Position numbers and translations under genes: made by a program
From: Octopus sinensis
Taxonomy: Eukaryota
Reading direction: 5' to 3'
DNA: 64,000 nt
Assembly: GCF_006345805.1 (NCBI RefSeq)
Contig: NC_043001.1
Span: 132,122,001-132,186,000 of the forward strand
Notes under the pieces: model-generated
Seen by the model: the letters and a program-made list of their open reading frames with translations, nothing else
Told to the model about the DNA's origin: nothing
Databases searched by the model: none
In this document: piece after piece, positions 49,965 through 63,704 of the stretch
How positions within the stretch are numbered: position 1 is the first letter of the stretch
Layout: the number at the start of each line of letters is the position of its first letter

Positions 49965-50525
49965 CATCATCATCATCATCATCATCATCGTTTAACGTCC
50001 GTTTTCCGTGCTAGCACGGGTTGGATGGTTCGACCGGGGTCAGGGGCTGCACCAGGCTCCAGTCTGATCTGGCAGAGTTTCTACAGCTGGATGCCCTTCC
50101 TAATGCCAACCACTCCGCGAGTGTAGTGGGTGCTTTTTACGTGCCACTTGCACAGGTGCCAGGGGGATCCGGCATCGGCCACGATCGGTTGGAGCTTTTA
50201 ACGTGCCACCAGCACGGAAGCCAGCCAAGGCGGCGCTGGCAACGGCCACGTTCAGATGGTGCTTTTTATGTGCCACCGGCACAGAAGCCAGTCAAGGCGG
50301 CGCTGGCATCGGCCACATTCAGATGGTACTTTTTATGTGCCACCGGCACAGAAGCAAGTCGAGGTGGCGCTGGCAACGGCCACATACAGTTGGTGATTTT
50401 TATGTGCCACCGGCACAGGTATCACAACTACTATTTCCATTGATATTCATTTCGATGTTCATGTTCATGTACTTGACTCAACAGGTCTCCTCAAGCACAG
50501 CGAGACGTTCCGGGATCCAGGGTAC
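49965..50525 (-). mobile_element. Family C repeat, long copy with an internal 67-bp minisatellite
   Basis: GTGCCAC starts at 50141, 50203, 50270, 50337 and 50404. Confidence 0.92.
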
Positions 50526-50599
50526 TTAGAAATTTATTCCTGTTCTTTAGATTGATGGAATCTCCCATCAAAGTTGATGTGTGGGTGTTCAGCTTTTGC

Positions 50600-50852
50600 C
50601 AAATGACCTGCACAAAATGATTTGTTTATAGTGATCAAATCTATATGCTGTACATTAGCTCACTCCCTCCATCAAATCAATGTCGCCAGAACAGGTGCTC
50701 AGTGTACCACACGTCTGATGCTGAAGTGATCACAGAGTAATGTGAGATGAAGTGTTATGCTCAAGAACATAATGTACTACTTGGTCTAAGAATTGAAACC
50801 ACAATCTTGCTATCATGTGTGCAACACCCTAACCACTAGGTCATGCATCCTC
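50600..50852 (-). mobile_element. Diverged tRNA-headed SINE related to family D
   Basis: Minus strand GCATGACCTAGTGGTTAGGGTGTTG...GGTTTCAATTC...TTCTTGAGCATAACAC. Confidence 0.65.
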
Positions 50853-50891
50853 AGACTAAACAGAATGAAAATAATAATGCATGTTAACATA

Positions 50892-51250
50892 GGCGCAGGA
50901 GTGGCTGTGTGGTAAGTAGCTTGCTTACCAACCACATGGTCCTGGGTTCAGTCCCACTGCATGGCACCTTGGGCAAGTGTCTTCTACTATAGCCTCGAGC
51001 CGACTAAAGCCTTATGAGTGGATTTAGTAGACGGAAACTGAAAGAAGCCCGTCGTACATATGTATATATATGTATATTTGTGTGTCTGTGTTTGTCCCCC
51101 CCCCCCAACATCGCTTGACAACTGATGCTGGTGTGCTTACATCCCCGTAACTTAGCGGTTCGGCAAAAGAGACCAATAGAATAAGTACTAAAGGCAGTGC
51201 TCCAGCATGGCCGCAGTCAAATGACTGAAACAAGTAAAAGAGTAAAAGAG
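50892..51250 (+). mobile_element. SINE family A with internal deletion
   Basis: Head and tail present; the GGCTTACAAAG...CGACT segment is missing. Confidence 0.92.
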
Positions 51251-52694
51251 TATGCCTATGTTATACACTGCATTTTACATTTATATCTTTGAACTGGATA
51301 TAATTCTTGGTACTAGCTCACAATTTAGTCACAGGCATAGTAGCACAGCTCCATTGGCTGACTACAAACTACCAGTTCTTTTTTTCTTTCTGAAGGGCTA
51401 TCTTAGCTTAGTTCAGTGACAGTTCATTAAGAAAAATAGGGAGCCTATTTGTAAGGGAAATATTGGAAGAAAGACCAAAACATTAGACCAATATAAGTGA
51501 AAATTCCTTACATTATCATTAATATGAAAGTACCAAGAAACAGTCCCTATTTATCATAGTGAGGGTTATTTTGAGATTGTATATTTATTATTGAAATATT
51601 TTTGCCTGATTCATGATCATTAATTATAAAGCATATTACTAATTTATCTTTCAGCTAAATTGGCAGCAAATAATTTTAACTGAAATTGCTTATTTTGTTG
51701 ATTTATATTTATTAGACAAAAATACACACAAAATGTTCTGCTTTTATTTTCTTATGCATGTGTTTTTTATTGGGTTTATTTTTCAATAACTGTAAAAACA
51801 GATAGTTTATGTTACTGCTGTCAAAATTTGGCACCACTTCATCACTCAGTTTTTGTATGTTAATAATGTTTAATATAATATAACAACAGTTGATGAAGAT
51901 GTTGACTAACTATATAATAGCATTTCATATCTTACACGTAGAGGTTCATGGAATGTAAACATTTTGTTGTAAAGACCAAACAATTTAATCATCATTATAT
52001 ATTCTGTCTAAAAGAATGAAATCCCTAAACATATTAAGAGGTCTATAAACCAAATAAATGGATTTAATCATAATAATATTCCTCAGAAAATTTAATGCAG
52101 TATATTAATTTTATGATTTTACTAAATCATTATAATGAGATCATAGTTATATTAATTTGCTATTTTAAGGTTATAGTATTACCAATTCAGTGTGTAGTAA
52201 GATGATGGTTTTAATAATTCATTATAGTAAGATGATTGTTAATTTTCCTATAATGAGTTGGCTCATGGAGTCACAATTTTAAAGTTTCATCTTCGTGAAT
52301 TAATTAAAAAAAAATTTAGACTTGCAAAGCTAATCACATTTTACACTGAATACTCAATATTTCAATGAAATACTGTGTTTGACAATGATACAGTGTGGTC
52401 CTGCTTTTGACTTTAGTTAGCTGTTACAATGCATGATATGTATTTATTGCTAAGGGGACTGAACTAGATAGAGAAGTTTTCTTGACTATGAACACAATAC
52501 ATTACTGGTTACTGGACAGAAACCATCAATCTTTTAACCACTTGGTCCTTATCATATTGATACAGACAATCATTTTACTTTTATTTAATAAGATCCTCAC
52601 TCAAACTATTCATCACAGCTTTACAAGACTTATACTTCCTCTTTTGGTAATGCTCCCCCCAAAAGTAAACTTTGTATATTTAGATGTACAAAGG

Positions 52695-52862
52695 TTACAT
52701 CTTCACTTGATCGTTTTCTTTGTGAGTTGCTGATAAATCCTTCCAGTGGGCACTTTTTTGAGAGATAACAAATAAGAAATTAATTGCAAGCCAAGCAGTA
52801 TTATAAATGAAATAACCAATGAATATAACAGCTAAAATAGAAAGGAATTTTATCTTGCTCAT
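52695..52862 (-). CDS. Candidate first coding exon with hydrophobic N-terminus
   Basis: Acceptor ctaacagttttacag at 52868, then ATG: MSKIKFLSILAVIFIGYFIYNTAWLAINFLFVISQK...; possible donor GAT|gtaacc at 52699. Confidence 0.35.
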   Translation of the reverse strand: MSKIKFLSILAVIFIGYFIYNTAWLAINFLFVISQKSAHWKDLSATHKENDQVKM

Positions 52863-52995
52863 ATTATCTGTAAAACTGTTAGAATAAATCACTACCCAAA
52901 GAAAAAAAAAATGTAATTATTTAAATAAATGCATACTTAATTCAAAAGAACAAATTAACAAGATTTGTCACTTTCAAAATCACTCTATTTTCTAT

Positions 52996-53028
<33 letters not shown>

Positions 53029-53860
53029 GGTTGACAGTATTCTTTTGCTCTACTAAAAGATCACAAAATAACAGCCAACCACAATATGCCATTAATAAAA
53101 CTGTTCTTCATTTCCACTACCAACCGCACACATATACGCATACAAATGTAAACACACATTCATACATGTGGCCACACACATACATATAGTATTTCTTGCA
53201 TCATAACACCGTTCACTTTTCTGATGGCAAGAAATCACTTTGCATCTAATCACTGGGAAATCAAATGTGCTTGTCACTATATTTAGTTCGTTTGTTTTGC
53301 TTATTTTCAATTTGTATCTTTCTAGAAAGGAGTAAAGCACTCTTCAGCAGCAGTCGCCTAACCACAGCAACAACACTTGGAACATAATCTTTGCACATGT
53401 ATAGAAATTCTTAAAAGAAGTTGTTAACTGACAGCTGAATAAATGCAAATTACAATGCCAGATAAATATAGAGAATGGACTGGCTTCTGTAGTTCTCATC
53501 TTTTGTTCGATCTTCTCTACTACTCTAAAGTCTAATTGAACTATCTCACAAAGAAATACTTATGGTTTTTGTTCATCAAACCCTTTCACTCACTTATTAT
53601 TCTGCCTTGTGTCATGTCAATGCCACTTGAATTTTTTCCTCAAGAAATAATACTTAACACCTGATTACCAATTTCTCCCTCATTTCAAATTCTCAGTTTC
53701 ACACTTAATACATCTATTTTATTCATAATTTCTTTTATGTATCATGATCAATGTTTCTCCCTTTTTCCTTAATATTTTATTTGGTTTACAGAACTGAATC
53801 AGAACATTCGACAATACATTAACTCATTTATTACTGATCTTATTTTATCCTATGTCTATT

Positions 53861-54053
53861 GTCTGGAAATCTTTCGTCACACATATGTGACCTCTTCGGT
53901 GACCCTTTCTGTCCACATGTGTCCTCCTGCTCCACTTAATCCATTCTGGACAATGGACATAAGATGAAATAAGAATAGTAATAAACGAGTGAAGACCAAA
54001 AATATAGTGCATGTGTATATTTGGCAAAAAATGACCATTCCGAAATGTAACAA
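53861..54053. mobile_element. Relative of the 7504-7948 family with decayed hammerhead (minus strand, 53861-53905)
   Basis: Shares CTTTCGTCAC and GGCAAAA..ATGACCATTCCGAAAT.TAACAAT with 7504-7948. Confidence 0.55.
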
Positions 54054-54169
54054 TTACCTATACCTGTTCTATCACTCTACAATCTGAATTCAAATTTTAC
54101 CAAAGTCAACTTCCACTGTCATTCCTCTGATTTCAATAAAATATGATTCAATAAAATCAAATCAACCCA

Positions 54170-54630
54170 AATCAAATCAGATATCAGAAAGCAGAACCAA
54201 AATCGAAGTCGATTAACATCAATGGAAATTGTGGCTGTGATACCAGTGCCGGTGACAAGTAAGCGAACCATCCGATCGTGGCCATTGCCAGCCTCGCCTG
54301 GCCCCCATGCCAGTGGCACGTAAAAAGCACCATCTGTTCGTGGCCATTGCCAGACGTGGCTGGCCCCCGTGCCGGTGGCACGTAAAAGCACCATCCGTTC
54401 GTGGCCGTTTGCCAGCTCCATCTGGCTCCTGTGCGGGTGGCACGTAAAAAGCACCCACTACACTCGTGGAGTGTTTGGCATTAGGAAAGGCATCCAGCTG
54501 TAGAAACACTGCCAGATCAGACTGGGCCTGATGCAGCCTTCTGGCTTTCCAGACCCCAGTTGAACCGTCCAACCCATGCGAGCATGGAAAACGGATGCTA
54601 AATGATGATGATGATGATGATGATGATGGT
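54170..54630 (+). mobile_element. Family C repeat with internal tandem units and (GAT)n tail
   Basis: GGTGGCACGTAAAAGCACC units at 54250-54450; family C body follows. Confidence 0.92.
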
Positions 54631-54814
54631 AGCAGTCAAATACTAGGGTTCATGTAATCTGATCCGCTTTTCTCAAAACTGCTGGCTTTGTGTCAAAATC
54701 AGAAACAAATATACTACTCTTGAACAATATCAAGTAACTAAGACATCAAAATTTCTCTTCTAGCACAAGTACATGGTCAAAATGATCTTGGAAGTCAGTT
54801 TATATCTTTTCTTT

Positions 54815-55205
54815 AACTTTAACTTGTTTCAATTGTGACATTGTGACCATGCTGAGACATTGCCTTGAAGAATTTTTAATCAAAAGAATTGATCCAGTAA
54901 TTTTTTTTTTTTTGTAAGCCTGGTACTTATTCTATCAGTCTCTTTAACTGAACAACTAAGTTAGAGATGTAAACACACCAACACCAGTTGACAAGCAATG
55001 GTGGGGAGGACAAACTTAGACACAAAGACACACACAGAGATATACATGCGTACATATATGACAGGTTTCTTTCAGTTTCCATCTATCAAATCCACTAACA
55101 AGGCATTGGTTGGCCTGACGCTATAGTAAAAGACACTTGCCAAAGATGCCACCCGGTGGAACTGAACCTGGTATCATGTGGTTGGGAAGCAAGCTTCTTA
55201 CCATA
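54815..55205 (-). mobile_element. Diverged SINE family A
   Basis: Recognisable but heavily substituted reverse complement of the consensus. Confidence 0.75.
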
Positions 55206-55684
55206 CAGATGTGTCTATATGTATAAGATCCTGTACTAATTTTATCAAAAATGTTCATTTATATGCTACCCTAATATATACCATGTCACTTTTAGTAGCT
55301 CTGACTATATGGTACTAAGTGACTATCAACAATGCTTAAGGTTTACTATTAGTTTATGATAATATTGGTTTTAGCCGTACAAACAAATTTCTTATCTTTC
55401 CTATCAATATGCAGTGATTTTTAAACACATCAATCGATTCTGTGAGCAATAGGTACAAAATGATAATCTTCAAAATATCTTGGTTCATAATATTACTGTT
55501 CAAGAAAAGCAAAAAAAAGAAAACAAAATCAAAATCTCAACAAAAACAATTTCTACTAAGACACATACAATCCTTTGTTCTCAATTTTACAACTGAAAAT
55601 ATTGTCAATTTGCAATATACGTTTAAATATTTTAAAAATTGAAATTGGTAGCACTAGAACAAAAAAAAAGAAGAAAAAAAACTA

Positions 55685-56366
55685 GGCGCAGGAGTGGCTG
55701 TGTGGTAAGTAGCTTGCTAACGAACCACATGGTTCCGGGTTCAGTCCCACTGCATGGCATTTTGGGCAAGTGTCTTCTGCTATAGCCCCGGGCCGACCAA
55801 TGCCTTGTGAGTGGATTTGGTAGACGGAAACTGAAAGAAGCCTGTCGTATATATGTATATATATATAAGTGTGTGTGTATATGTTTGTGTGTCTGTGTTT
55901 GTCCCCCTAGCATTGCTTGACAACCGATGCTGGTGTGTTTACGTCCCCGTCACTTAGCGGTTCGGCAAAAAGGCCGATAGAATAAGTACTGGATTTACAA
56001 AGAATAAGTCCCAGGGTCGATTTGCTCGACTAAAAGGCGGTGCTCCAGCATGGTCACAGTCAAAATGACTGAAACAAGTAAAAGAGTAAAAAGAGTAAAG
56101 AGCTTGGCTTTGAATTTGTTTTCTTATCCACCAAATATAAGACCATTCGCTATTCATTTGATCAGTAATTCTTGAAGTGAGAACAACCTACTAAACCCCC
56201 ACCATTGTTTGACAACTGATGTTGGTGTGTTTACATCCTCATAACTAAAAAGACCAATAGAATAAGTACCAGGTTTACAAAGAATAAGTCCAGAGTTCGA
56301 TTTCTTTGACTAAAAGGCAGTGCTCCAGCATGGTCACAGTCAAAATGACTGAAACAAGTAAAAGAA
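55685..56366 (+). mobile_element. SINE family A (55685-56100) plus second 3' fragment (56195-56366)
   Basis: Direct match to the consensus. Confidence 0.92.
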
Positions 56367-56406
56367 TATATACAGGGTTTGTGCTTTGAAATGAATTTAG
56401 AAATAT

Positions 56407-56443
<37 letters not shown>

Positions 56444-57234
56444 TATACAAGTTATAAAGTACACAATATCTATAATGAATTTAACATATTTACTTGATAA
56501 TGTCTATAACACACAAAAATGAAATTTCAAGTTCATGATAACCTCACTTTTTCCTGATCTTTATAAAATGTATTAAATATTTAATAACACCAAAAAATCC
56601 ATATAGTTTTGGCGTTCATTTTACTTATGTTGGATCAACAAAATACAAACTCAAGCATTGTACTACTTGAACTACAATTCAAACAAGACAAAACAAAATG
56701 CCACAATGCATTCTACCATAACTTCTTAGTTATCACCATAAAATTAGCTAATATTAAGCATGTTCATAGCAGCATTTTATCCATCTTTACATTCTAGGTT
56801 CAAATGCTCCCAGGTCAACTTTGAGTTTCATCCTTTCAGGGTCAATAAAATTATGTACCAGTGAAGCATTGGGGTCAATTCAATTGACCTAGCCCCTTCT
56901 CCAAAATTGCTGGCCTTGTGCCAAAATTTAAAATCAAAGTCAAGGATGTTCCAGTGCCATTTAATTTTGCTTGCCCCATGATAAGAATGACAGTTCTGTG
57001 CATTTTGTACAACTAATCTCTGCTTCAAACTGCATTCAAAAATTTTTCTTTCACTTTATATTTTTTTCCCTCTTCATTACGGTTTCATGTGAAAAAGGAG
57101 TTATACCCATGATCTTTACAAGCCATCTGAGACTGAGAATCGAATTAGTTCTGATACTTTATTCCGTAATGTCATCAGGCGCTCACAACCCTTTACCAGT
57201 CAGGCAATGGGTGTTCCGCTTTAGAAATTTATAG

Positions 57235-58030
57235 AGGATTAGTGGCAGGGAAGTGCGACAGTGTTTTCAGGGAGACTCTGAACCCCAACAGGAATGAACT
57301 GGCTAGTCTGTTTTGGAGGACTTTCTGGTCAGGAACTATCATGGATAATTTCCAGATGTCCTTGGCCTGACAGTACTACCAGGGGGTGCTACTAATTCGA
57401 GATAAACTCTACAGGCACGGATGTGCTGTAAGACAGGCTTATCTTATCTGAGATGCATGCAGAGTGATGAAACCATTCTGCACACCCTTGTTCAGTGTCC
57501 AGGTATTGCTGACTTGTGGGGGTTATGTCGAACAGCTGTCATGTGTGGAACGGATCTGTCTGTAGTGATGATCGCACCACCACCCTCCTTCAACTGGGCA
57601 GGCAAGGCAGTTCTCCTTTGCCTGGCGGCTGTGGTGAAAGAGGTTGTTTTATGGACAAGGCTGAAAGGCTTGAGGACAGATACATTCCTCTATGGTAGAT
57701 CTCTCATTGACTTCTACAATTTTCAGTTGAAAAGGAAACTGAGAGTAGAGAGGGAAGTGTTGACCTCAAGTGAGTTTATTGAAAGGTGGGTGAAAGTTGT
57801 GTAAATGGCAAGAGTGGATGGTACTTCTCAAAGTGTAGACTTGTGAGTCAGAGAGAAGGAATTGGAGAGGGCACTTGCTCCTGGGATTTCAAGGAAATCT
57901 CGAACAGTGGGATTCCTTGATTATCCCAAGGAGCCTTCCTGTATCAGGAGGGCCACATCTCTATCATCCTCCCTTCCACGTTTTCTTTTTTTAAATCTTT
58001 GTATGCTGTGCATATGCCCCTTCTTCTTCA
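57235..58030 (+). mobile_element. L1/Tx1-type LINE 3' fragment (CCHC zinc-knuckle region plus 3' UTR)
   Basis: ORF 57421-57804 YLRCMQSDETILHTLVQCPGIADLW...KLRVERE...FIERWVKV shows the C..C...ET..H....C motif; the upstream frame reads FWSG...LLIRDKLYRHG. Confidence 0.85.
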
Positions 58031-58039
58031 GTGTGTACT

Positions 58040-58482
58040 CTTTTACTCTCTCTTTTTTACTCTTTTACTTGTTTCAGTCATTTGACTGCGGCCATGCTGG
58101 AGCACCGCCTTTAATCGAGCAACTCGACCCCGGGACTTATTCTTTGTAAGCCCAGTACTTATTCTATCGGTCTCTTTTGCCGAACCGCTAAGTAACGGGG
58201 AGATAAACACACCAGCATCGGTTGTCAAGCAATGCTAGGGGGACAAACACAGACACACAAACACACACACACACACATATATATATACATATATACGACA
58301 GGCTTCTTTCAGTTTCTGTCTACCAAATCCACTCACAAGGCTTTGGTTGGCCCGAGGCTATAGTAGAAGACACTTGCCCAAGGTGCCACGCAGTGGGACT
58401 GAACCCGGAACCATGTGGTTGGTAAACAAGCAACTTACCACACAGCCACTCCTGCGCCTACCCACACAGCCACTCCTGCACC
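58040..58482 (-). mobile_element. SINE family A with duplicated 5' tip
   Basis: CACACAGCCACTCCTGC.CCTAC occurs twice at about 58439-58486. Confidence 0.93.
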
Positions 58483-58589
58483 TACTATGTATACTTTCTT
58501 TCTTTCTTTTCATTTTTCTTTTTTTATCATTTCTTTATATGTAAACTCCCACACTTTATGTCTATCTTTGTATTCTACACCTCATTCTT

Positions 58590-59060
58590 CGCCCTAAGGG
58601 TACACTAGGGACATGCATCACAACCATATGTGCTCGACATGGCGATCTCATATCAAGATAAACGGCACATGACCTTGCAGGTGGGGCCCAGTTAGAATTT
58701 TCTTCTGGTTGAGTAACCCATCCCACTCAAAAGGTCCCTGAATAAATATTTAAGGATGTTGAATGAAGCACCCATGTTTCAAGAGGTGAATTATTCAGAC
58801 TCCAAAGAATCCCTCTCAATACATGGCTATGATGCTCCTCCACTACTTCTGCTCATGATCAGAGATGCACGTACTGTCAGCCACTAAAGGACATGCTCAA
58901 CTGGTTAAGGTCAAACAACTGACAAGCAAATCTGTGGTATTGAGCAGAATATTTGCTGTAGCCCATCTTTTATACCAAGACAAAACAATGTACATGATAA
59001 CACTTCCAATTAGTTAAGATCAGAAGCCACAAGAGCCACTGCCTTGTAATGCATCAGGGC
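58590..59060. mobile_element. Unclassified interspersed-repeat-like segment
   Basis: GC-richer block bounded by GCCCT.../...AGGGC that resembles a repeat I recall from octopus; only one copy in the window. Confidence 0.35.
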
Positions 59061-59073
59061 ATTATTATTAATA

Positions 59074-59107
<34 letters not shown>

Positions 59108-59112
59108 CATTA

Positions 59113-59302
59113 GTTTTATTTTTATAGCATGCTTTCACTTCAATACCGAGCGCAGCTCTGTGTGCCTTGGGTATGTGCTGTGATTTGTTGTGATGCTCTC
59201 ATGGTTACTGTATTGAAAGTGTTCTGCGTAGGATGTGTGCAGTGCCTAGTAGTGCAATTTTCTGTATGTTATATGTGTTTGTAAGTCCTGGTATTTTTGT
59301 TG
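59113..59302 (-). mobile_element. Dong/R4-like non-LTR 3' tip inside (TAA)n
   Basis: Minus strand TKIPGLTNTYNIQKIALLGTAHILRRTLSIQ* (stop at 59205) plus about 90 nt of UTR; (TTA)n at 59062-59112 and 59303-59411. Confidence 0.82.
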
Positions 59303-59326
59303 TTATTATAATTATTATTATTATTA

Positions 59327-59366
<40 letters not shown>

Positions 59367-59380
59367 CATTATTATTATCA

Positions 59381-59411
<31 letters not shown>

Positions 59412-60224
59412 CCATAATCTTTACTGAAACATTTCAATTTCCTTACTGCTTGGTCTAACTTCAATGTCCAGTACTCATGTGACCTGATGCAGGCTTTTGT
59501 TTATCATGGCTGCCAGCAGGTATATTTCAATTAAATGTGAAATAAGTTTTAAAATATTCGAAGTAAGTTATATGATAACTAATTAAATATTCGCTGTCAA
59601 GTAGTCAAAAGCTTGAATGAATCTGAAGAAGCAAAGTGAAAGAGTGAGCTGTGAAAAAAAAAAAAAAAAGAAATTCAAAACAGGACTGACTGAAAGACTG
59701 AGAATGAATGACAGGACATAAATCAAATAGTATTGAATAAAAAAACTTATTTTGTATACAGAAGGAAAATAACTCAACTAATAAGTGAACTTTTCATTGA
59801 TTAATACACAGCACAGCAATTAGTGCGAAAAATTATTCATACTGTAATTTTACATGACCATGAATGTGTGCATGTGTGGTGCATGGTGTGTGGTGCATGG
59901 TGTGTGGTACATGGTGTGTGTGTGAGAAAGGGGGATGTATGTGTGAGGTGGTGCGAGCATACATGTGTGCATTTGTATTTGTTCATAGATGCATGCATGT
60001 GTAAGACCATCGGTTCTTTTCCAAGTTCATGAGGGGGGGGAAAAAAAAAATTCAGTCAAAATCTAATATGAAATTTTAATGAAAATAACCCATAATTTCA
60101 TCTATTATAGAAATACATTTTCATCGAGAATATCTGTTCTTTTGAATGGCGACGCACATACGTATGTATATTTATGAATGACTGTTTCATATATTTCTGA
60201 TTAAAATTCTTCTTAATTACATAC

Positions 60225-60343
60225 ACACATACATACAAACACATACACACATACATACACACATACATACATACATACATACATACATACATACATACAT
60301 ACATACATACATTCATAGACATATATAGATTTACACACACATG

Positions 60344-60375
<32 letters not shown>

Positions 60376-60474
60376 GTATGTATGTATATATATATGTATG
60401 TATGTATGTATGTATATATATATATATGTATGTATATATATATGTATATATATATATATATATATACAATATAT

Positions 60475-60522
<48 letters not shown>

Positions 60523-60560
60523 GTATATGTATATATATATATACATATATATATATATTA
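60225..60560. repeat. (CATA)n/(TA)n compound microsatellite
   Basis: Seen directly. Similar tracts are at 2130-2340, 46470-46750, 49195-49295 and 61480-61710. Confidence 0.97.
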
Positions 60561-61525
60561 TGAGTTTCAACTATGCATGCATGTATATGAACATATAGGG
60601 AAAAAACTCAAATTAAAGTATTTTCAGATCCATTTTAAGAAGAAATATCTTTTTTTTTTTTGTGTGTGTGTGTGTCAATAATGTTAAAAAGAGTTAAAAC
60701 AAGTACGTGTAAGTAAATAAGCAAATCATGGAGAAAGCTTAGAAAACGGGACACAAATAATTCTATATATCTAGCTTATTATTGTTGCTGTTGAAACCAT
60801 TTTTGTACATGTGTTGATTAATTAAGTGCTTTTCCCTTTTCATTTTCAAGTATGTATCATCTAATTTTCTCCCTCTTTATACAGCTCGGTTTGTTCTTAT
60901 TATATTTTGGTTTGTTTTGTTTTGATTTTTGTTTTCCTGTAGACACCTTTGAATTATTGATTTCTATATATGTGTCTCTTTGCAGTTCACTTCTTGGCTT
61001 TAACTTTATTCTATATCATTTTTTTCCGCTTCATAGTTTTTTTTTCTTCTTTTTATACTTCTTCTATATTTCTTCCCTATGTCAGTTTCTTTCTTTTCAA
61101 ATTTTCTGAGAAATCACATATTAAAATGTAGAGTTCAGTTAAAGCATTAATCATTATAGAAAGTGTCTATATGTACTGAACATTATCTGTCAGAACTGAG
61201 GATAAATGCAAGCACAGCTTGTAGACAACATTTTTATTGTCCTCACAGCCATTTAACAGTTTTCAATCTCTATAAAGTCTTTGTTAACATGAAACTTTCA
61301 CTTCAATCCATTCATTTCTGTCTTCCAACTGTTTATTATTTATAAAATATATAATACTTTAAATATATATCTATAAATATACATATATATATATACACAC
61401 ACACAGAGGTGGAAAAGAGAGAGAAAGAAAGAAAGAGAGAGAGATGTATATATACATAAATGTTTACAGATATATATGTACACAACACACACACACACAT
61501 ATATATGCATGCCTATATATATATG

Positions 61526-61595
<70 letters not shown>

Positions 61596-61645
61596 CACAT
61601 ACATATATGTGTATACATATACATATATATATAATATATATATAT

Positions 61646-61712
<67 letters not shown>

Positions 61713-63310
61713 TATAATTCTTTTTGAATAGAACTAATCACCTTTATACAGACAACCATATTTAACTGTTTAAGGTTGCAATAAAATTTATCTTGCCAAC
61801 TATAGATAAAATATAATATGAATGATTTTTATTGACAAAATGTATAGAATTCAAAGACATTTATTTGATATCAAGGATATTTATCTCTTTTAATTCTATA
61901 GTTGGAAATATAAAAATCTATAGGTTTATTTAGATATTGTGTTACCATTACGAGGATGTAAGGTTCAATTATTCACACTGAACACTCCCTTGAAAAGGAA
62001 TAGACCAAAGAAAAATTCCAACACAAAATGTGAATCATAGCTAAACAATGGCATTTACCTTTCCATTTGATAAATTAGTATATTGATGTAAATCATAAAT
62101 CAAAAAAATATATTTGTTAGTTTACCTTATCCAACTTACTGGAAAATACGATATAAGCTTTCTTATATTAAGTCGCTATAACTTAACTGACATAAACATT
62201 GATAAGAGATAAGTTTTGATATTGTCAATGATAGCCTCTCACATAAAAGTCTCCATAAATAAGCATCATAGACTCATAAGATAAATGCATATGCTTGCAT
62301 GTTTTCATACATACACACATGCCTTGGCTGCTTATATAAGTGTTTGATATGCATCACAGAGACAGCATATCAATGGAAGATTTGTTGCAGAATCTCTCCC
62401 TAATCCACATTCCATTGTGAGCATTTAAGTAGTTTAAGGTTAGAATATATAAAGAGATTTCAGCTGATCAAGATTGCAGCTAATCCAGATCTTCAAAGCT
62501 TTTAGCAGCTGACAGATCTAAAGCAGCATTAGTAAGTAATATGGGATAAAGAATTATACAATTTGGGAGTCTATAGATTTGATCCAAACTTATTTAAATT
62601 TACTAAAGCAAATGCGTAATTGAAAGGAGAATAAAAAAAATTACAAGCGAACATTTGCTTTTAAAGAAAAAAAAACTCAGAGCAAGATTTTGCTGTAAAT
62701 TGATTATCATGCAGTTTCCTTCAGGTTTTATTTGCTTTTATACCAAAAACAATTCCGATACTAGGCATGACCTTAATAAATTCTCCCTTACTACATATTG
62801 AATTTCCATATGTTACTTATGAATGTAAAGCATTTCTTTGCAGCTATCTGACATAAAAAAAAATGAAAATAAGGAAAACGCATATGAGATATTGTATATT
62901 AGGGCATGGGTGGTGAGATTGATCACTTTTAATTATTGCATTATTTATTTATTTAATAATTATAAGCAGTATTTTAAATTTTTTCCAAGGCTTATCTACT
63001 TATTTTATTGATTTAAACCCCCTAGAGGCTAAAAAACAACACATTTCCTGATATCTTACTCACTCAACCTTTCTAATATTTCACTACTTAAACTTCATTT
63101 TAAGATACTCGAAATGACAGAATGGTGATTTCTGGAAATTAAATTAAAAGATAATTTATATCAAATAGTCAGCAGTTTCTATCTGGTAGTATGACACATC
63201 TCCACATCTTGGTTGTTGAAGAATTCAGTAAATAATTAGTAAAATTAATATATTAATTTTCATAAATTTCTCCCATTTGCTTTATTGATCATTTCATTTC
63301 TACTTTAAAG

Positions 63311-63352
63311 ACATTCCAAAGAAAAAGAAAGCTGAAGAAGGAAACAAGATGA
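63311..63352 (+). CDS. Weak candidate exon (42 nt, symmetric phase 1)
   Basis: Acceptor tttcatttctactttaaag, donor TGA|gtaaat, frame IPKKKKAEEGNKM. Confidence 0.35.
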   Translation, partial: TFQRKRKLKKETR

Positions 63353-63592
63353 GTAAATATTCTTTCACTGTTAGACTTCTAAGAAGCACGCAAAGCATCT
63401 GAATAAATTTCCCTATTGATTTTGAAATGTCTACTTTTGTAGTGAGGACATCTGTCAAAAGTTCTGTATTTCTGCTTGTTACTGTATATTACATTAATTA
63501 GAACATTTCATTTAAATTTGCCTAAAATCTGAAATCTCAAACGTAGCAGTTGACCTCAGTTTTGCTATTTTTGACTGATAGATTTCAATGTT

Positions 63593-63667
63593 GTCACCAT
63601 CATCATCATCATCATCACCACCACCACCAACAACAACAACAACAACAACACCACCACCACCACCACC

Positions 63668-63704
<37 letters not shown>

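Noticed and set aside
50141-50420. CRISPR-like regular repeats
   Set aside because: Contiguous tandem units without unique spacers, inside a eukaryotic interspersed repeat, with no cas genes.
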